Shown here piece by piece: positions 13,713-25,915 of a stretch of DNA of 64,000 nucleotides (position 1 is the stretch's first letter; the number at the start of each line of letters is the position of its first letter). The stretch is taken from positions 57,102,001-57,166,000 of the forward strand of contig OZ024740.1 in NCBI GenBank assembly GCA_964016885.1, read 5' to 3'. This DNA is from Eledone cirrhosa. Its lineage: Eukaryota. A program made the translations under genes and the position numbers. The notes beneath the pieces are model-generated. The model ran no database searches and was not told the origin of the DNA. It saw nothing but the letters and a program-made list of their open reading frames with translations.

Positions 13713-14626
13713 ACTCCCCACCCTTATTCCTCTAGCGTTCGACCCCCCCCCCCCCACTTATCCCCCACTAACACCACTAACACACCCCTCCTTTTCACCG
13801 CCCACCCCACACTAACAATACTAACACCCCCACTCCACCCCTCATCTAACCACCCTTCCCCAACTAACATACTAACATCCCTTCCCTCCCCTCTTCTCCT
13901 CCTCCCCCTCCTTATCACACGCACACACTTACACCACCCACCCCACACGCAACTAACATCACTAACACCCTCCAACCCCACGCACACGTACCCACACACC
14001 CTCGTACACCACCAACTCTACACACCCTACCCCCACTAACCCCCACTCACACCTGCATTCCACCCCTCCCCACCTCCCGTCTACTAACACCCACTAACAC
14101 CTCCTCACCAAACTACACACACACCAGTACACCACACTCCCTCCATAGAACCACACACACCCTTCTCTCCCCACTCCACACTCACTCATCCCACTAACAC
14201 CCCTACTAATACACACACACACACACACACACACCCTCCTCACTCCAACTCTCACACCTACCCATCCTCGCCTCCCTACCATTCCGCTGACTGCTGCTAT
14301 GCCCTTCCGACCACTGTCTCAGCACCCACTGACCACAGCACTCCCACTGCTGACCACTTCCTGTTGCGCGCGCACCCCACATCTCTCCTCTTCCGACCAC
14401 CGCTTCTTGGATTACCCACACGCGTTTTGACTTCCAACCAAAATCTCCATACATCCGTGTAACTTACCACTTTCAACCATCCTCTAACACCATCACCTAT
14501 ATAACTCACCCACACACACATCCCAAAACAAATTTTTTTATCCACACGCCACCCACACCCACATCACGCTTAAACCACACACACGTGCTTCCCACCACAT
14601 ATTTACACCCTCAGCCTCCTGATTCC

Positions 14627-15186
14627 TCTCCCCCCACCCCCTATCCACACACGCACAGACCCTCCGACACACAAAAACACCCCCCACACACACCTTCCTG
14701 AACATGCAACCCCGTTCTTCCCCCAACCCTCACTTTCACATACACACACACACACACACACGCACAGCTAACCACACACACCACCTTCAGCCCTCCCCGC
14801 TCGGACACCCCGTCTCCCTCTCCCCACTCCACCCGCCTCCACCTCTACTCACCCCACACCCTTCCACCACCTGTTTACCCCCCTTTTAATTTCAGTTTAT
14901 TTTGATCATGCCTTTATTTTTAAATGTTCTCATTCCTTGTATTTTGATCATGCTTTATTTTTATTTATTATTTATTATATTTTTGTCTTTATTTGTTAAT
15001 TTTTCATTCGCACCGTTTCCTTTCGCTATATGTCTCTCCACCACTCCCCTACACACCTTTTGAACTCTTACCTGAAGAAGGGCTTATGCCCGAAACGTCG
15101 TCCTCCACCTACCCCCCACTCTCCTGAGCGTGAATCTAATAAACATTTGTCGTACTGCCTCTCTGTTCTGTCCCTGTTCAATTTTT

Positions 15187-15194
<8 letters not shown>
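14627..15194 (+). repeat. 3' pseudo-LTR of PLE1
   Basis: Direct copy of 9920-10488, ending at TTTTTTATTA into (TA)n. Confidence 0.92.
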
Positions 15195-15238
<44 letters not shown>

Positions 15239-15734
15239 TGTGCAGCGTCAGTTGTCTACCTCCCTACAGACAACTGACGCTGCACACCAGATCCAGACAC
15301 GGAAGAGCCGAACTCCCACTGTTATCACCTCCACCTTTCTCTTTCTCGCCCTGCCCATCTCTTTCTGTATAATGTATCCGGTGTACGTTTTCTTGACTAT
15401 TTAACTTTATTGAAGAGAGTTGTGAGATATTTGAGGAAGATTTTTGCTGCTATTCCTTTCAGGGTAAATGATTGCCTAGAAAATTCCTTGCTAGCTGATC
15501 GTGGTTATTTATTTATGTTTTATAACGATTTTTTAACAATTTCAGTGCTGTTTACAGGTTTCTAAATAGCTAATTACGGATTCATTGAATTTCTGACGAC
15601 ACGAATATCAGAGGAGCGTGTATAGATCAACGGAAAAAATATATAACACGAAACTTCATTCGGAAATCACCAACGAAAGATGAACATATACGTACGAAAA
15701 TACGTGCATACGCGAATGCATACAGATATATATA

Positions 15735-16182
15735 TCTATATTATAAAGCTGACGGCCATATGTATGTAACAAACTTTTCGCCAAACGGCTGGACCAAAAA
15801 GCATTAAATTTGCACCATAGATGTAACTTTTTCCAAGTAAGAAAGTGAGGGTATTTTTGTCTTCTAAATTTCGTTAAAAGATTAAAGATATTTTATCGTT
15901 TATTTAAATATTCATTTCTTTAAAATTTTCAAATGTCAACACTTCCGGTTAAACGACATTCCTCTCTCTTTCTTAGTCTGTCTTTTTAGATAGATACATA
16001 GCTATAACGCCGCGCCCTTATAATATGTCTCTCTATGTCTGGCTGTCTGCATTAAATACATAGCTATAACGTCGCACGCTTATAAAATTTGTCTGTCTGG
16101 CTGCCTGTCTGCATTGACTTCGCTTCTAACCATCTTTTAATTAATTCAGTGCAAATATACCGCACGCCCTCTCAATAATTAA

Positions 16183-16257
<75 letters not shown>

Positions 16258-16269
16258 TATTGGGAGGGC

Positions 16270-16342
<73 letters not shown>

Positions 16343-16965
16343 ATTAGTAATAATAATAAATGTGAGGACTAAAATCCAAAGAGGTTCGTTAAGGATAAAC
16401 ATATATCAAATATATAAGAACCCTAGAGCAAATATTGTTCTCATTGCTGAGTATTATCTTCGCTTTTTTCCGTTCATTGCCAGGGAACGTCTTCACGAAC
16501 CAAAGTATCGTCTTCCTGTTTTCTTACGGTTGCAACGTTTTTCAAAATATTTACTTCTGCATTCACAGATTGATTTTTTTAGTTTCAGAAGATCCCGTTA
16601 AACTTTAATCTGTTATTTTAATATATATATAATTATATATTCGTGTACAGACATCTTTGCATACACAAAAACAAAATATAAACAAACGCACAGACGGCTT
16701 ATCGTCATTGTTACTGCCGATATGCCACCCAAAAAGTCCCAGCCTGGCCGCAAGATCAGATTTTTCAGAAGAAAAAATGTTACTAGAGCAACTAAGCAAT
16801 TACCATCAACAAAGCTCAGGGTCAAACCCTAAAAGTGGCTGGCCTTCATTTGGGAAAACCATGCTTCTCCCATGGTCAATTGTATGTAGGATGCTCTAGG
16901 GTGAACTCGCCAAACAATCTCTTCATCTTTGCTCCCGAGGGCCGAACAAAAAATATTTGTAATTT
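15735..16965 (+). mobile_element. Helitron remnant with the C-terminus of a Pif1-type helicase
   Basis: ~16797-16958 translates AITINKAQGQTLKVAGLHLGKPCFSHGQLYVGCSRV..RTKNI. A candidate Helitron 5' end TCTATATTATAAAG lies at 15735. No 3' end identified. Confidence 0.7.
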
Positions 16966-17754
16966 ATATATTTTCTGTTACTTGGAATTTCCATTATGGT
17001 CGTACAAATTATTATAAAGTTTGTTAAAAAATGTGTTCTCTGTTCAGCCTTTATTGTTGTAACTATCAATTTTCTTTAACGTACTGGCTGCTGAACTGGG
17101 GAATCCTAAAAACTATTCAAACCCAACATCAGAGCACGTTACTTCGGCCTTTAAATAGTAGATACCAGTAAAATACTGGTCGATTCAAGTGAATTATTTC
17201 TGTCATTTTACAAACATAAGATTTCTGCTTTAAAAGAATTTCAAAATCATATTCCCTACTCTTTTGTGTTTAACCAAACAAATTGTATTTGTTTCCGAAT
17301 GACTCCAAATGCCTTCATGAAAGTAACAATTTATCATTTTTGCCTACGGTTATTTAACTATAAAGGAAACAGATTTGTTGGTATTCAAGACCTAATATAT
17401 TCTTATTAAGTTGGAAAACTATCAAAGCTAGGATATCTTATAAATCACAATTATGAAATCTCTTTAAACGTAATGTTTCCGATAGGTTGTAAGATTCAAA
17501 GTTACTAATGTTGCCAATGTCCTTAGTAAATGTTATTGGATAAATTGGAGGTAATATTATTACAAAGGCCGATCCTAATTTAGTTAGAGTTTCCACTGCA
17601 TAATAAACCAGTTATTAAAACAGTTACACAACAGCTAAGTTATAATTGACGTGATGCCTAAGATAGGCGGACACGAGCCTCAGGTAATTAGTTACTACTC
17701 AACAATTATCAAGACCTTGCATGAGAGTAAATGCACAATAACACAAAATTGCAC

Positions 17755-18232
17755 ACACATAAACAGTTGCGTACACTCGCTACATAAACACACGTGCACA
17801 CACACACGCACACACACACACACAAACAAACAATTACGCATATTCGTTACACAAACAAACGTGCACACATGTTCACATATAAACATTTATGCATACTCGC
17901 TACACAAACACACGGGCACACGGTCGCACACACACACACACACATATATACACACACACACGTAAACAGTTATGCATACTCGTACACTAACACACACACA
18001 TACACACACACACATACACACACACATAAATAGCTATGCATACTCGCTACACTAACACACACACACACACAAACAGTTATGCATACTCGTACACTAACAC
18101 ACACACACAAACACACACACACATACACACACACACAAACAGTTATGCATACTCGCTACACTAACACACACACACACACAAACAGTTATGCATACTCGTA
18201 CACTAACACACACACATACACACACATACACA

Positions 18233-18287
<55 letters not shown>

Positions 18288-18310
18288 ACACACACACACA
18301 CATACACTCA
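17755..18310. repeat. Compound (CA)n minisatellite
   Basis: Repeated AAACAGTTATGCATACTCG(C)TACACTAAC separated by CA runs. Confidence 0.85.
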
Positions 18311-18487
18311 CATCTGCATATACAAATCTAAGAGCAGTTATAAATGGAATTGTGACAGTAGCTGCAACAGTTGTCAATGACACTGTTACCAAGCTACACC
18401 GATCCTAGCCTTTACCTAGGGTAACATCGATGGTAGAAGACTTGCCAGATGGGTATCTGCTATTTTTCGAAATATATATATATATAT

Positions 18488-18695
18488 ATAGGAAAAGGTA
18501 TGACCCGACGGCAGAGCTCAAGCCGTTTCGACGGCTATTTATGAACTAGTCCAGAAATAGCCGTCGAAATGGCTTGAGCTCTGCCGTCGAGGTCATACCT
18601 TTTCCTATTACCCACTCTACTACCCTAAGTATTGAGTACTCTGGTGTCTGGTGCGTTATGGTCCATCTGGTTACTTACCACAATCCACCTCATTT
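18488..18695. repeat. Fold-back element family B, copy 1
   Basis: Palindrome 18488-18608 plus a ~85-bp tail. Homologous to 24112-24312 and 44547-44680. Confidence 0.85.
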
Positions 18696-19016
18696 CTTTC
18701 TTTCTTTTTTGTCGTTATTTCTTCTTTCGTCTTCTCTCTTCTCTCTCTCTTCCTTTTTCCTTTTATATATTTATTCCCTAATACTTCTATTTACTCATTT
18801 AAATATTTATGTATGTATCTGTTTATTTATTTTCTTCTTGCATACTCATACTCACCCCCTCCTTATACCTATATCTCGCTCCACGTCTTCTTCTTCATTA
18901 AATTTAAGTTCATCATTTATGGTATATAAATATTGAGTTTTGTTGTAATAAATCACTGCCAATACTGGAATTGAACCATCAAGACCGTTGAGGTATGTCA
19001 TAAATCAATTCATGTA

Positions 19017-19078
19017 TTTTATCTGACGAGGACGTACTGAAAGAACAGCACAGTACCTTCGAAATATATATAATAAAA
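19017..19078 (+). ncRNA. Type I hammerhead ribozyme
   Basis: TTTTAT-CTGACGA-GGACGTACTG..CAGTACCTTC-GAAA-TATATA-TA-ATAAAA: 6-bp stem I, 10-position stem II with one C.C mismatch, palindromic stem III, AUA triplet. Confidence 0.75.
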
Positions 19079-19234
19079 CATATATTTTGATTATGTGAAT
19101 GTCTTCATTTATTATTATTCTGAATAAAAATAACTCCAGAAAACTTCCTTGTAGAGTGCTTTTAATCTATTGTAAAACTATATTCATTGAGTAATCAATG
19201 AACCATAATAATCTTTGGTTATATAATTATATAT

Positions 19235-19660
19235 ATATAAAGTTGTATTCATGTCTGTTTGTTTGTTCACGAACTCCTCCTATGGTTTTGGAGATAGACC
19301 CCGTAACCATATATATTCTGAAATTACATTGCCCAGGATATTCGAATAAGTATATATCATTTTAATCAAAGGGTTCCCCGGGGGCACAAACGCCCACTGA
19401 AAACTTTTTCCCTTCGATTTATATGAAATTTAAACTATGGATAAATGACAAAATATGATGGCTATTCACAAACTTTCAGCAAATTTCAATAATATTAAGA
19501 CACCCTAATGGAGGTTGAACCCCCTATTAGGGTTCCCCGTAGGCACAAACCCCCGCTGAAAATGTTTTCCCTTCGATTTATATGAAATTTAAACCATAGG
19601 TAAATGACAAAATATGATGCCTATTCACAAAAGTTTTGAATTGATATTTTGAAAAAAAGT
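19235..19660 (+). mobile_element. Probable non-autonomous Helitron-like fragment with an internal ~160-bp duplication
   Basis: Starts TATATAAG..GTCTGTTTGTTTG in a TA run. GGGTTCCCCG..TTCACAAA occurs at ~19371 and ~19530. Confidence 0.4.
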
Positions 19661-19694
19661 TATTTGCAAGAAACAAAATAAGAATAAGATTTAA

Positions 19695-19880
19695 TAATTG
19701 TTTCTACTTTTGGCACAAGGTCAGCAATCACCCAGTACATTACTGGTACTTTATTTTATCGACCCCGTAAGGATGAAAGGCAAAGTTAACCACGGCGGGA
19801 TTTGAACTCAGATTATAAAGGGCCGTAACTCTGTGATGCAAAGCATGGCGTCCGACCCTCTACCGATACTGCCAAATAAT
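19695..19880 (-). mobile_element. tRNA-derived SINE (family S)
   Basis: Reverse complement has box B GAGTTCAAATCC followed by ..TTTGCCTTTCATCCTTACGGGGTCGATAAAATAAAGTACCAGT. Other copies lie near 20590-20750(-), 26320-26530(+), 27845-27960(-), 29510-29590(+), 41335-41520(+) and 42455-42575(+). Confidence 0.8.
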
Positions 19881-20192
19881 GAATTAATATTACGTAATTT
19901 AGCTACTAAATTTCGTAGCTCTTGATTAAACATAAATATTCTAATACATATTAGCCGCAAAGTGCAAATGATTTCCTTGAGCTAGTGCTGGACTTGAATG
20001 TATGCGTATGTGTATGCGTGGGGGTGTCTGTGTGTGTGTGTACATATGTGTATGCGAGTGTGTATGTACATGTGTGAGAAAAGACACGCAAGAAACCTGT
20101 GAGTTTAAAGAGACACTGTCGAAAGCATGATTCATTTCATATACCATGATGATCTTCCTCTGACACAAGTAGACTACCATCATATATATATA

Positions 20193-20423
20193 TTTAATTA
20201 GAATTAGAAAGTGAACAACACAATATAACTACTCCATTACCAAAGGTTTCTGGATCCCCGATAATATTAATATACGTCTGGATCGACATATATTAATATT
20301 GTCTGGGATCCAGAATCCTTTGGTAATGGAGTAGTTATATTGTGTTCACTTTCTAATTAAATAGCTCTGTTCTATACATAGAGCACTCTTTTTTCCATTG
20401 CTTTTCCTTCGGAATTACCTAAC
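20193..20423. repeat. Fold-back insert between TA runs
   Basis: Near-perfect palindrome 20202-20358 followed by a ~60-bp unpaired tail. Confidence 0.85.
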
Positions 20424-21250
20424 ATATATATATATATATATACAGAGAGAGAGGGGGTGAGAAAGAGGTCGTGTATATACTATATAGAAGGAATATAATA
20501 AATATTCATGTCCATCATTCATTTTGCTATATGGTGTTTCTAGGGCATTTTAAAACCTGGCGGAGCCCATAGATGTAAAGGAAGAATCAACCCCAATACT
20601 AGACAGGTATTTTCTTATCAAGCTTAAATGGATGAAAGATAACTTTGACCTCGGTGGGATTTGAACTCAGAGAGCAGAGAGTCAGAAGGAAAATTGCAAA
20701 ATTGCAAAGCTTTCTATCCCATGTTCTAACCACTCTGCCAATTCGCCGCTTTCATTTCCTATACCAAGACCTCATCCAGGATTCCACATCTTAACCAGCC
20801 GTCTTTGACCTTCCCAGGAAGCAACAGGTGTCCCTTAATCGCACAATACATGCCAGGACAGCCCATCATCTTCATCGATAGAAAATGGCAGACAGCCCAG
20901 CATTATAGACTATGAGGACCCTGACCAGACAGTACTGCATGTTGATCAGACGTTTTCCTGGCGATCTGGAGGCAATTCATAATTCTGCAAATAATGTCTT
21001 GGTCTGCCTCGCTGGTTTTGACCTGCCTCTCTAACTATTGTGCATATGTCATGCGACAAGAAAATTTCCTATAGCTAACTTTAAAAAAAGAATCAATTCT
21101 ATTTAGTTTATAATATTAGCCAAGCCCATTCTAATTACCATATATATTATATCATGTAGCAACAGAAGTGATGACAGTAGCCTAACAAAAATAAATACTC
21201 TCTACTTTTGTATTGATCACATTTACCTGCTGTTTACAAGCCTGAACCTA

Positions 21251-21287
<37 letters not shown>

Positions 21288-21296
21288 GTATGTATG

Positions 21297-21336
<40 letters not shown>

Positions 21337-21337
<1 letters not shown>

Positions 21338-23704
21338 TAGCAGAAGTTCCCGGCGTTGCCCGGGTGTAAGTCGACCTTTGGTCTGTTGTTAAAATGTTTG
21401 AAAGTTACTTCCCGCGCATCACAGGTGCAAAAACCTTCGAACCTCAAGGGAAAAAATAGTGGTTAGTATACGCAGGTGTGTAATTGAGCATAAATAATGG
21501 ATCAATTGTAGGTTCAGAGTGTATCGTTGAAATTGTTCTTTGCAAGACTGACGGAAGTCAAATTAACTTGAAATTGAAATTTCAGTTGATTTTTAAAGCA
21601 GGGTGAAAAAGTCGATTTTTTCAAATTTTTTATTTTTTTTACAATTTTGGCGCTCACATGTGCAGAAGAAGAAATAAAAGGGACTTTATCGCGGCATAAT
21701 GGACGAATCATTTGCGACAGTTTTCACGAAAATCGGACGTTCCTGTAAAAAATTATCCCATCTGCAACTTTGCCTTGTTTTTTGCGCAAAGTCGAACCCC
21801 CGCTTCAGTTTTATTGATTTTTTACATGAATGCGTGACCTCTGAAGTAGATTTGAGTAGCTAAAGATCTGTCCCGGTAAATTTGCTATATGTGAAAAAAA
21901 GTTGATCAAAATTGCGTCTAGGGTTATTGCCCTTTGCAACAGCCTCAAGAACATGTAATTAAAAAGATTTACCATGGACTATCGTGCACGTTGGTATTGT
22001 GTTTAGCCTGCGAAAATCGGTGATCAAATGAGGGAACAATAAGCCATACTGATGACGTTTAAGCGGGTGGCAAGGAATTGATGCGGCATAGATAGACATG
22101 GGAGTCTTGAAGGAGCACGTCGGTCAGGCAAAAGAAAGGGCCGAGGAGGGATGGTGGCTGACAGTGCATGGAGGCGGCATCCTGAGGCATGAAGATGTAG
22201 TGGGGCGACGGCCAGCAGGCAAGGAAGAGGGCATGGGTGGACGGTGGCAAGGATGCCGCATGGTGAGCCATGGAAGTCTTGAAGGAGCACTTCGGGCAGG
22301 AAAAAGAAAGGGCCAAGGAGGGGATGGCGGCTGACAGAGCATTGATGCGGCATGGTGATGCATGACGATGCAGTGGGACGACGGCGTGCAGGGAAGGGAG
22401 ATGGCCGGGATTGACGGTTGCAGGGATTCCGCATGGTGAACCATGGCACTCGTGAAGGACCAAGTCGTGCGGGTAAGGGAGAGGGAAGGGGAGGGCATGG
22501 TGGCTGACAGAGCATGGATGCGGCATGGTGAGGCATGACGATGCAGTGGGACGACAGCGTGCAGGGAAGGGAGAAGGAAGGACTTGATGGTGGCAGGGAT
22601 GCGGCTCAGTTAGGCAAGGCAATATTGAAGGAGCACGGCGGGCAGGTCTAAAAAATGGCTGAGGAGGGGATGGTGACCGACAGGGCAGTAATGCGGCATG
22701 GTGAGGCATGACGATGCAGTGGGACGACAGCGTGCAGGGAAGGGAGAGGGCAGGGGTTGATGGTGGCAGGGATGCGGCTTGGTCAGGCCTGGAAGTCTTG
22801 AGCTCTCCCGGAGTGTAGGCAATGGAAATGGGCAGGGGTGGACAGTGGCAGGAATTCGGCATGTTGAGCCGTGGCAGTCCTTAGGGACCACGGAGGGCAG
22901 GCAATGGAAAGGGCCGGGGAATGAATTGCAGCTGACAATGCAGAGATGCGCATGGTGATGCACAACGATGCAGTAGGTCGACGGTGTGCAGGGATGGGAG
23001 AGGGCAGAGGTTTGACGGATGCCTCATTACGGTACGGTAGTGGGACCACGGGAATGAAGGGAGCGCATGGAGGCTCGATGATCGCTTGAGAAGACTGATG
23101 CGCGGCGGTATAGTGTTGATAGTCCTTATATAAGAAATGGAAGAATCGGCATAAAAGGTTTGCTGAATATGGTGAGTGTTAATTTAAATAGATAGACTTA
23201 CGGTAGATAATCCTGATAGATTGAACGTCTTTTGCATGGCGGGAGTCGCGACAAATGTAAGCAAGAAGAATGGCATTTTTCGGTTGCCGGTTTTTTGCGT
23301 CTGGGGGTCCGATTATCGATTTTCCTTTTACAATTTCAAGTAACCCACGTTAATCCCCGCATCAAAATACATACCTACGTCAAATTTCATTGGAATCGGA
23401 CAAATTTCGTAAATATCGATTTTTGCCTCTGGTGAACCAATTATCGATTTTTCGAAAATTTAATGTAGCGCACGTTTATCCACGAATCAAAATACACACT
23501 TGCGTCGAGTTTCATCGATTTTTGAAAATATCGATTTTTGGCTTCTGGGGTCCCCATTATCGATTTTTCGAAATTTTCAAGTAGCCTATTCGATTCTACG
23601 CGTTGAGTTTTATATATGTGTGAGGTTTCATGAAAATTGGATGAACGGTGTAGCATGCAAGTTGGGAACACTAATCAATGCCCATCTTCACTTTATATAT
23701 AAGA
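21337..23704 (-). mobile_element. Complete non-autonomous Helitron
   Basis: Minus strand starts A|TCTTATATATAAAG at 23704 and ends with the hairpin CCCGGGCAACGCCGGG then CTAG|T at 21337, with no TSD. It has internal GC-rich subrepeats at ~22060-23030 and ~115-bp subterminal repeats at ~23300-23640. Confidence 0.85.
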
Positions 23705-24042
23705 TATATATATATAAGTGTATCGAACTAGACAAACTGAGTTTGTGGTAGTACGTTGAACTTTCCCACTCGCTCAATGAATTCACGTGACTTGCACTTC
23801 TGAAGCGCCAGTCCGTGATTCAGAGCGCACAGATTTAGTTATTAGTGGTAAGTTCGGGATTATGTGCGGGTGTAAACAATTTAGCCCGGACCAAACGAAA
23901 TCGTTGGTTTCTACTCTATGTCCTGTGCACTGTGGTGCAATAATTGCACCCAGTACACAGAAGCCACACGCAAAATACAGTGTTGTCTGGAAGGAATGGA
24001 CGCGGCCAGGACCAACACAAAATTTCGTCAACGAGGGCGATC

Positions 24043-24111
<69 letters not shown>

Positions 24112-24113
<2 letters not shown>

Positions 24114-24312
24114 CGAAGGAATTGTGGTAAGGAACCAGATGGACCAAAACGCCCCAGAGTACTCAATACTTAGGGTAGTAGAGTGGGTAATAGAAAAAAG
24201 TATGACCCCGACGGCAGAGCTCAAGCCGTTTCGACGGCTATTTCTAGACTGAGTCTAGAAATAGCCGTCGAAACGGCTTCAGCTCTGCCGTTGGGGTCAT
24301 ACTTTTTCCTAT
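24112..24312. repeat. Fold-back element family B, copy 2 (opposite orientation)
   Basis: Tail 24112-24189 plus palindrome 24190-24312 with apex TCTAGACTGAGTCTAGA; flanked by TA runs. Confidence 0.85.
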
Positions 24313-24479
24313 ATATATATCCAGGGAGTGTAATGTGAAGTTACTGTAGGTTCACCCGGGTGAGCACTCGATGTTTAGATCCACGTCAGTGTCGAGGTGT
24401 AGAGCTAGACAGAGTGTAATATAATAATATAATAATACAAGGATGATTTGTTATGCCTTCATTACGTTTATTGATTGGT

Positions 24480-24515
<36 letters not shown>

Positions 24516-24639
24516 TATTTAAACGTATGTTATTACTCTAAGGACCTACCCTTATTGAGTGCTTTGCTAACTCATTCATATTGTAGGTCGGCTTTGCTTG
24601 CCCACAGCCAAAGCTTCGATTTTACTAAGTTTCCACTTG

Positions 24640-24741
<102 letters not shown>

Positions 24742-25839
24742 TGCGTGCATGTGTATATGTGTAATGTCAAAGAAAACTTACCTGGTTCGAATTTTACAAT
24801 TGTGAGATCCTTATTTTCTCTACAAATTTGAATCTTGGAATTATGTGACAGTGGCACTAAATATGTATTTTTATATAACAGTCGGTATTCTAAACTCAGT
24901 GGTGGTGTTATTTTATTTTCCTCATACTTTGTCAGTAGTAGTTAATGTATCCATATAAATGATGAGTTAAATATTCATGTCATTTTCTGAGAAGAGGAAA
25001 TTGCCAAAGGAGTGTCACTGTTATCTTAGCATTGATCTACTGCAGTCCTATGTCAAAATGAAATGACTTGAAAAATGGAATAATTTCTGAAGTTGACGTT
25101 TCAATAGAAACTCTTATTTAATTAAAAAAAAATTTTTTTTGCCTCACAGCAGAATCACTGGAAGAATAGACATTTATTATTTTTAAACAACACTCTTCGA
25201 TTTTTTTAAATATGCCCAGTATAGTTACTTCCTCATTTCCAAACCACCAACTTCATCCTTTTTCAATGAGAATAGCTTGACATATTCCCCGAAGTTTGAC
25301 TCAGAAGCTGAATAAAATTTTAACAATAGCAAAACACAAGCTTATTTAAGAGGAAAAAAGCATGATATAAGACATAAAAAGATAAAATATAAAAATAGAG
25401 ATAAAGTAAATTTAAAATCAAAAACCAGAAGGTATTTTCTCTTTTACTAGCGTTCCAATAGAATTCATTGAAAAGCTAGTTAAAATATCCAATATCCAAT
25501 AGTTAAAATATCCAATAATGTAGGGCTCGTGAAGCTGATATATCTATATTATATAAAATGGATCATGTGTTTGGATAGTGAAGAATTTAATGTTTCGAGA
25601 CTTAGGACTTAGGGAGTCACGAGAATATATTTAAAAAGTGAAGATAGACTGGGTGAGGTGTAAAGAAACGAAGTGGTTGTAGATGATGCAATAAAAGATG
25701 GTGTATTAAATGTTTTTAATTGAAATGGCATGAACCTCCATCGGTTTCGACTATGAGTGTTTCAGTTGTTCGATCAACAGAAAGGCCTGCTCATGAATTT
25801 AACGTATAAGTGACTGGGCATTCCACTGATACATGTGCA

Positions 25840-25915
25840 GGGAGGAGGAGGAGGAGGAGGAGGAGGAGGAGGAGGAGGAGGAGGAGGAGGAGGAGGAGGA
25901 GGAGGAGGAGGAGGA
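25840..25915. repeat. (GGA)n microsatellite
   Basis: Read directly from the sequence. Confidence 0.95.

Larger units (their letters stand above)
9920..15194 (+). mobile_element. Near full-length Penelope-like element (Neptune-like) with direct pseudo-LTRs
   Basis: Direct repeats 9920-10488 and 14627-15194 flank an RT + GIY-YIG coding region. Both ends abut (TA)n. Confidence 0.93.

Noticed and set aside
24960-25500. Possible hAT transposase fossil on the minus strand
   Set aside because: Only vague motif echoes; too decayed to support.
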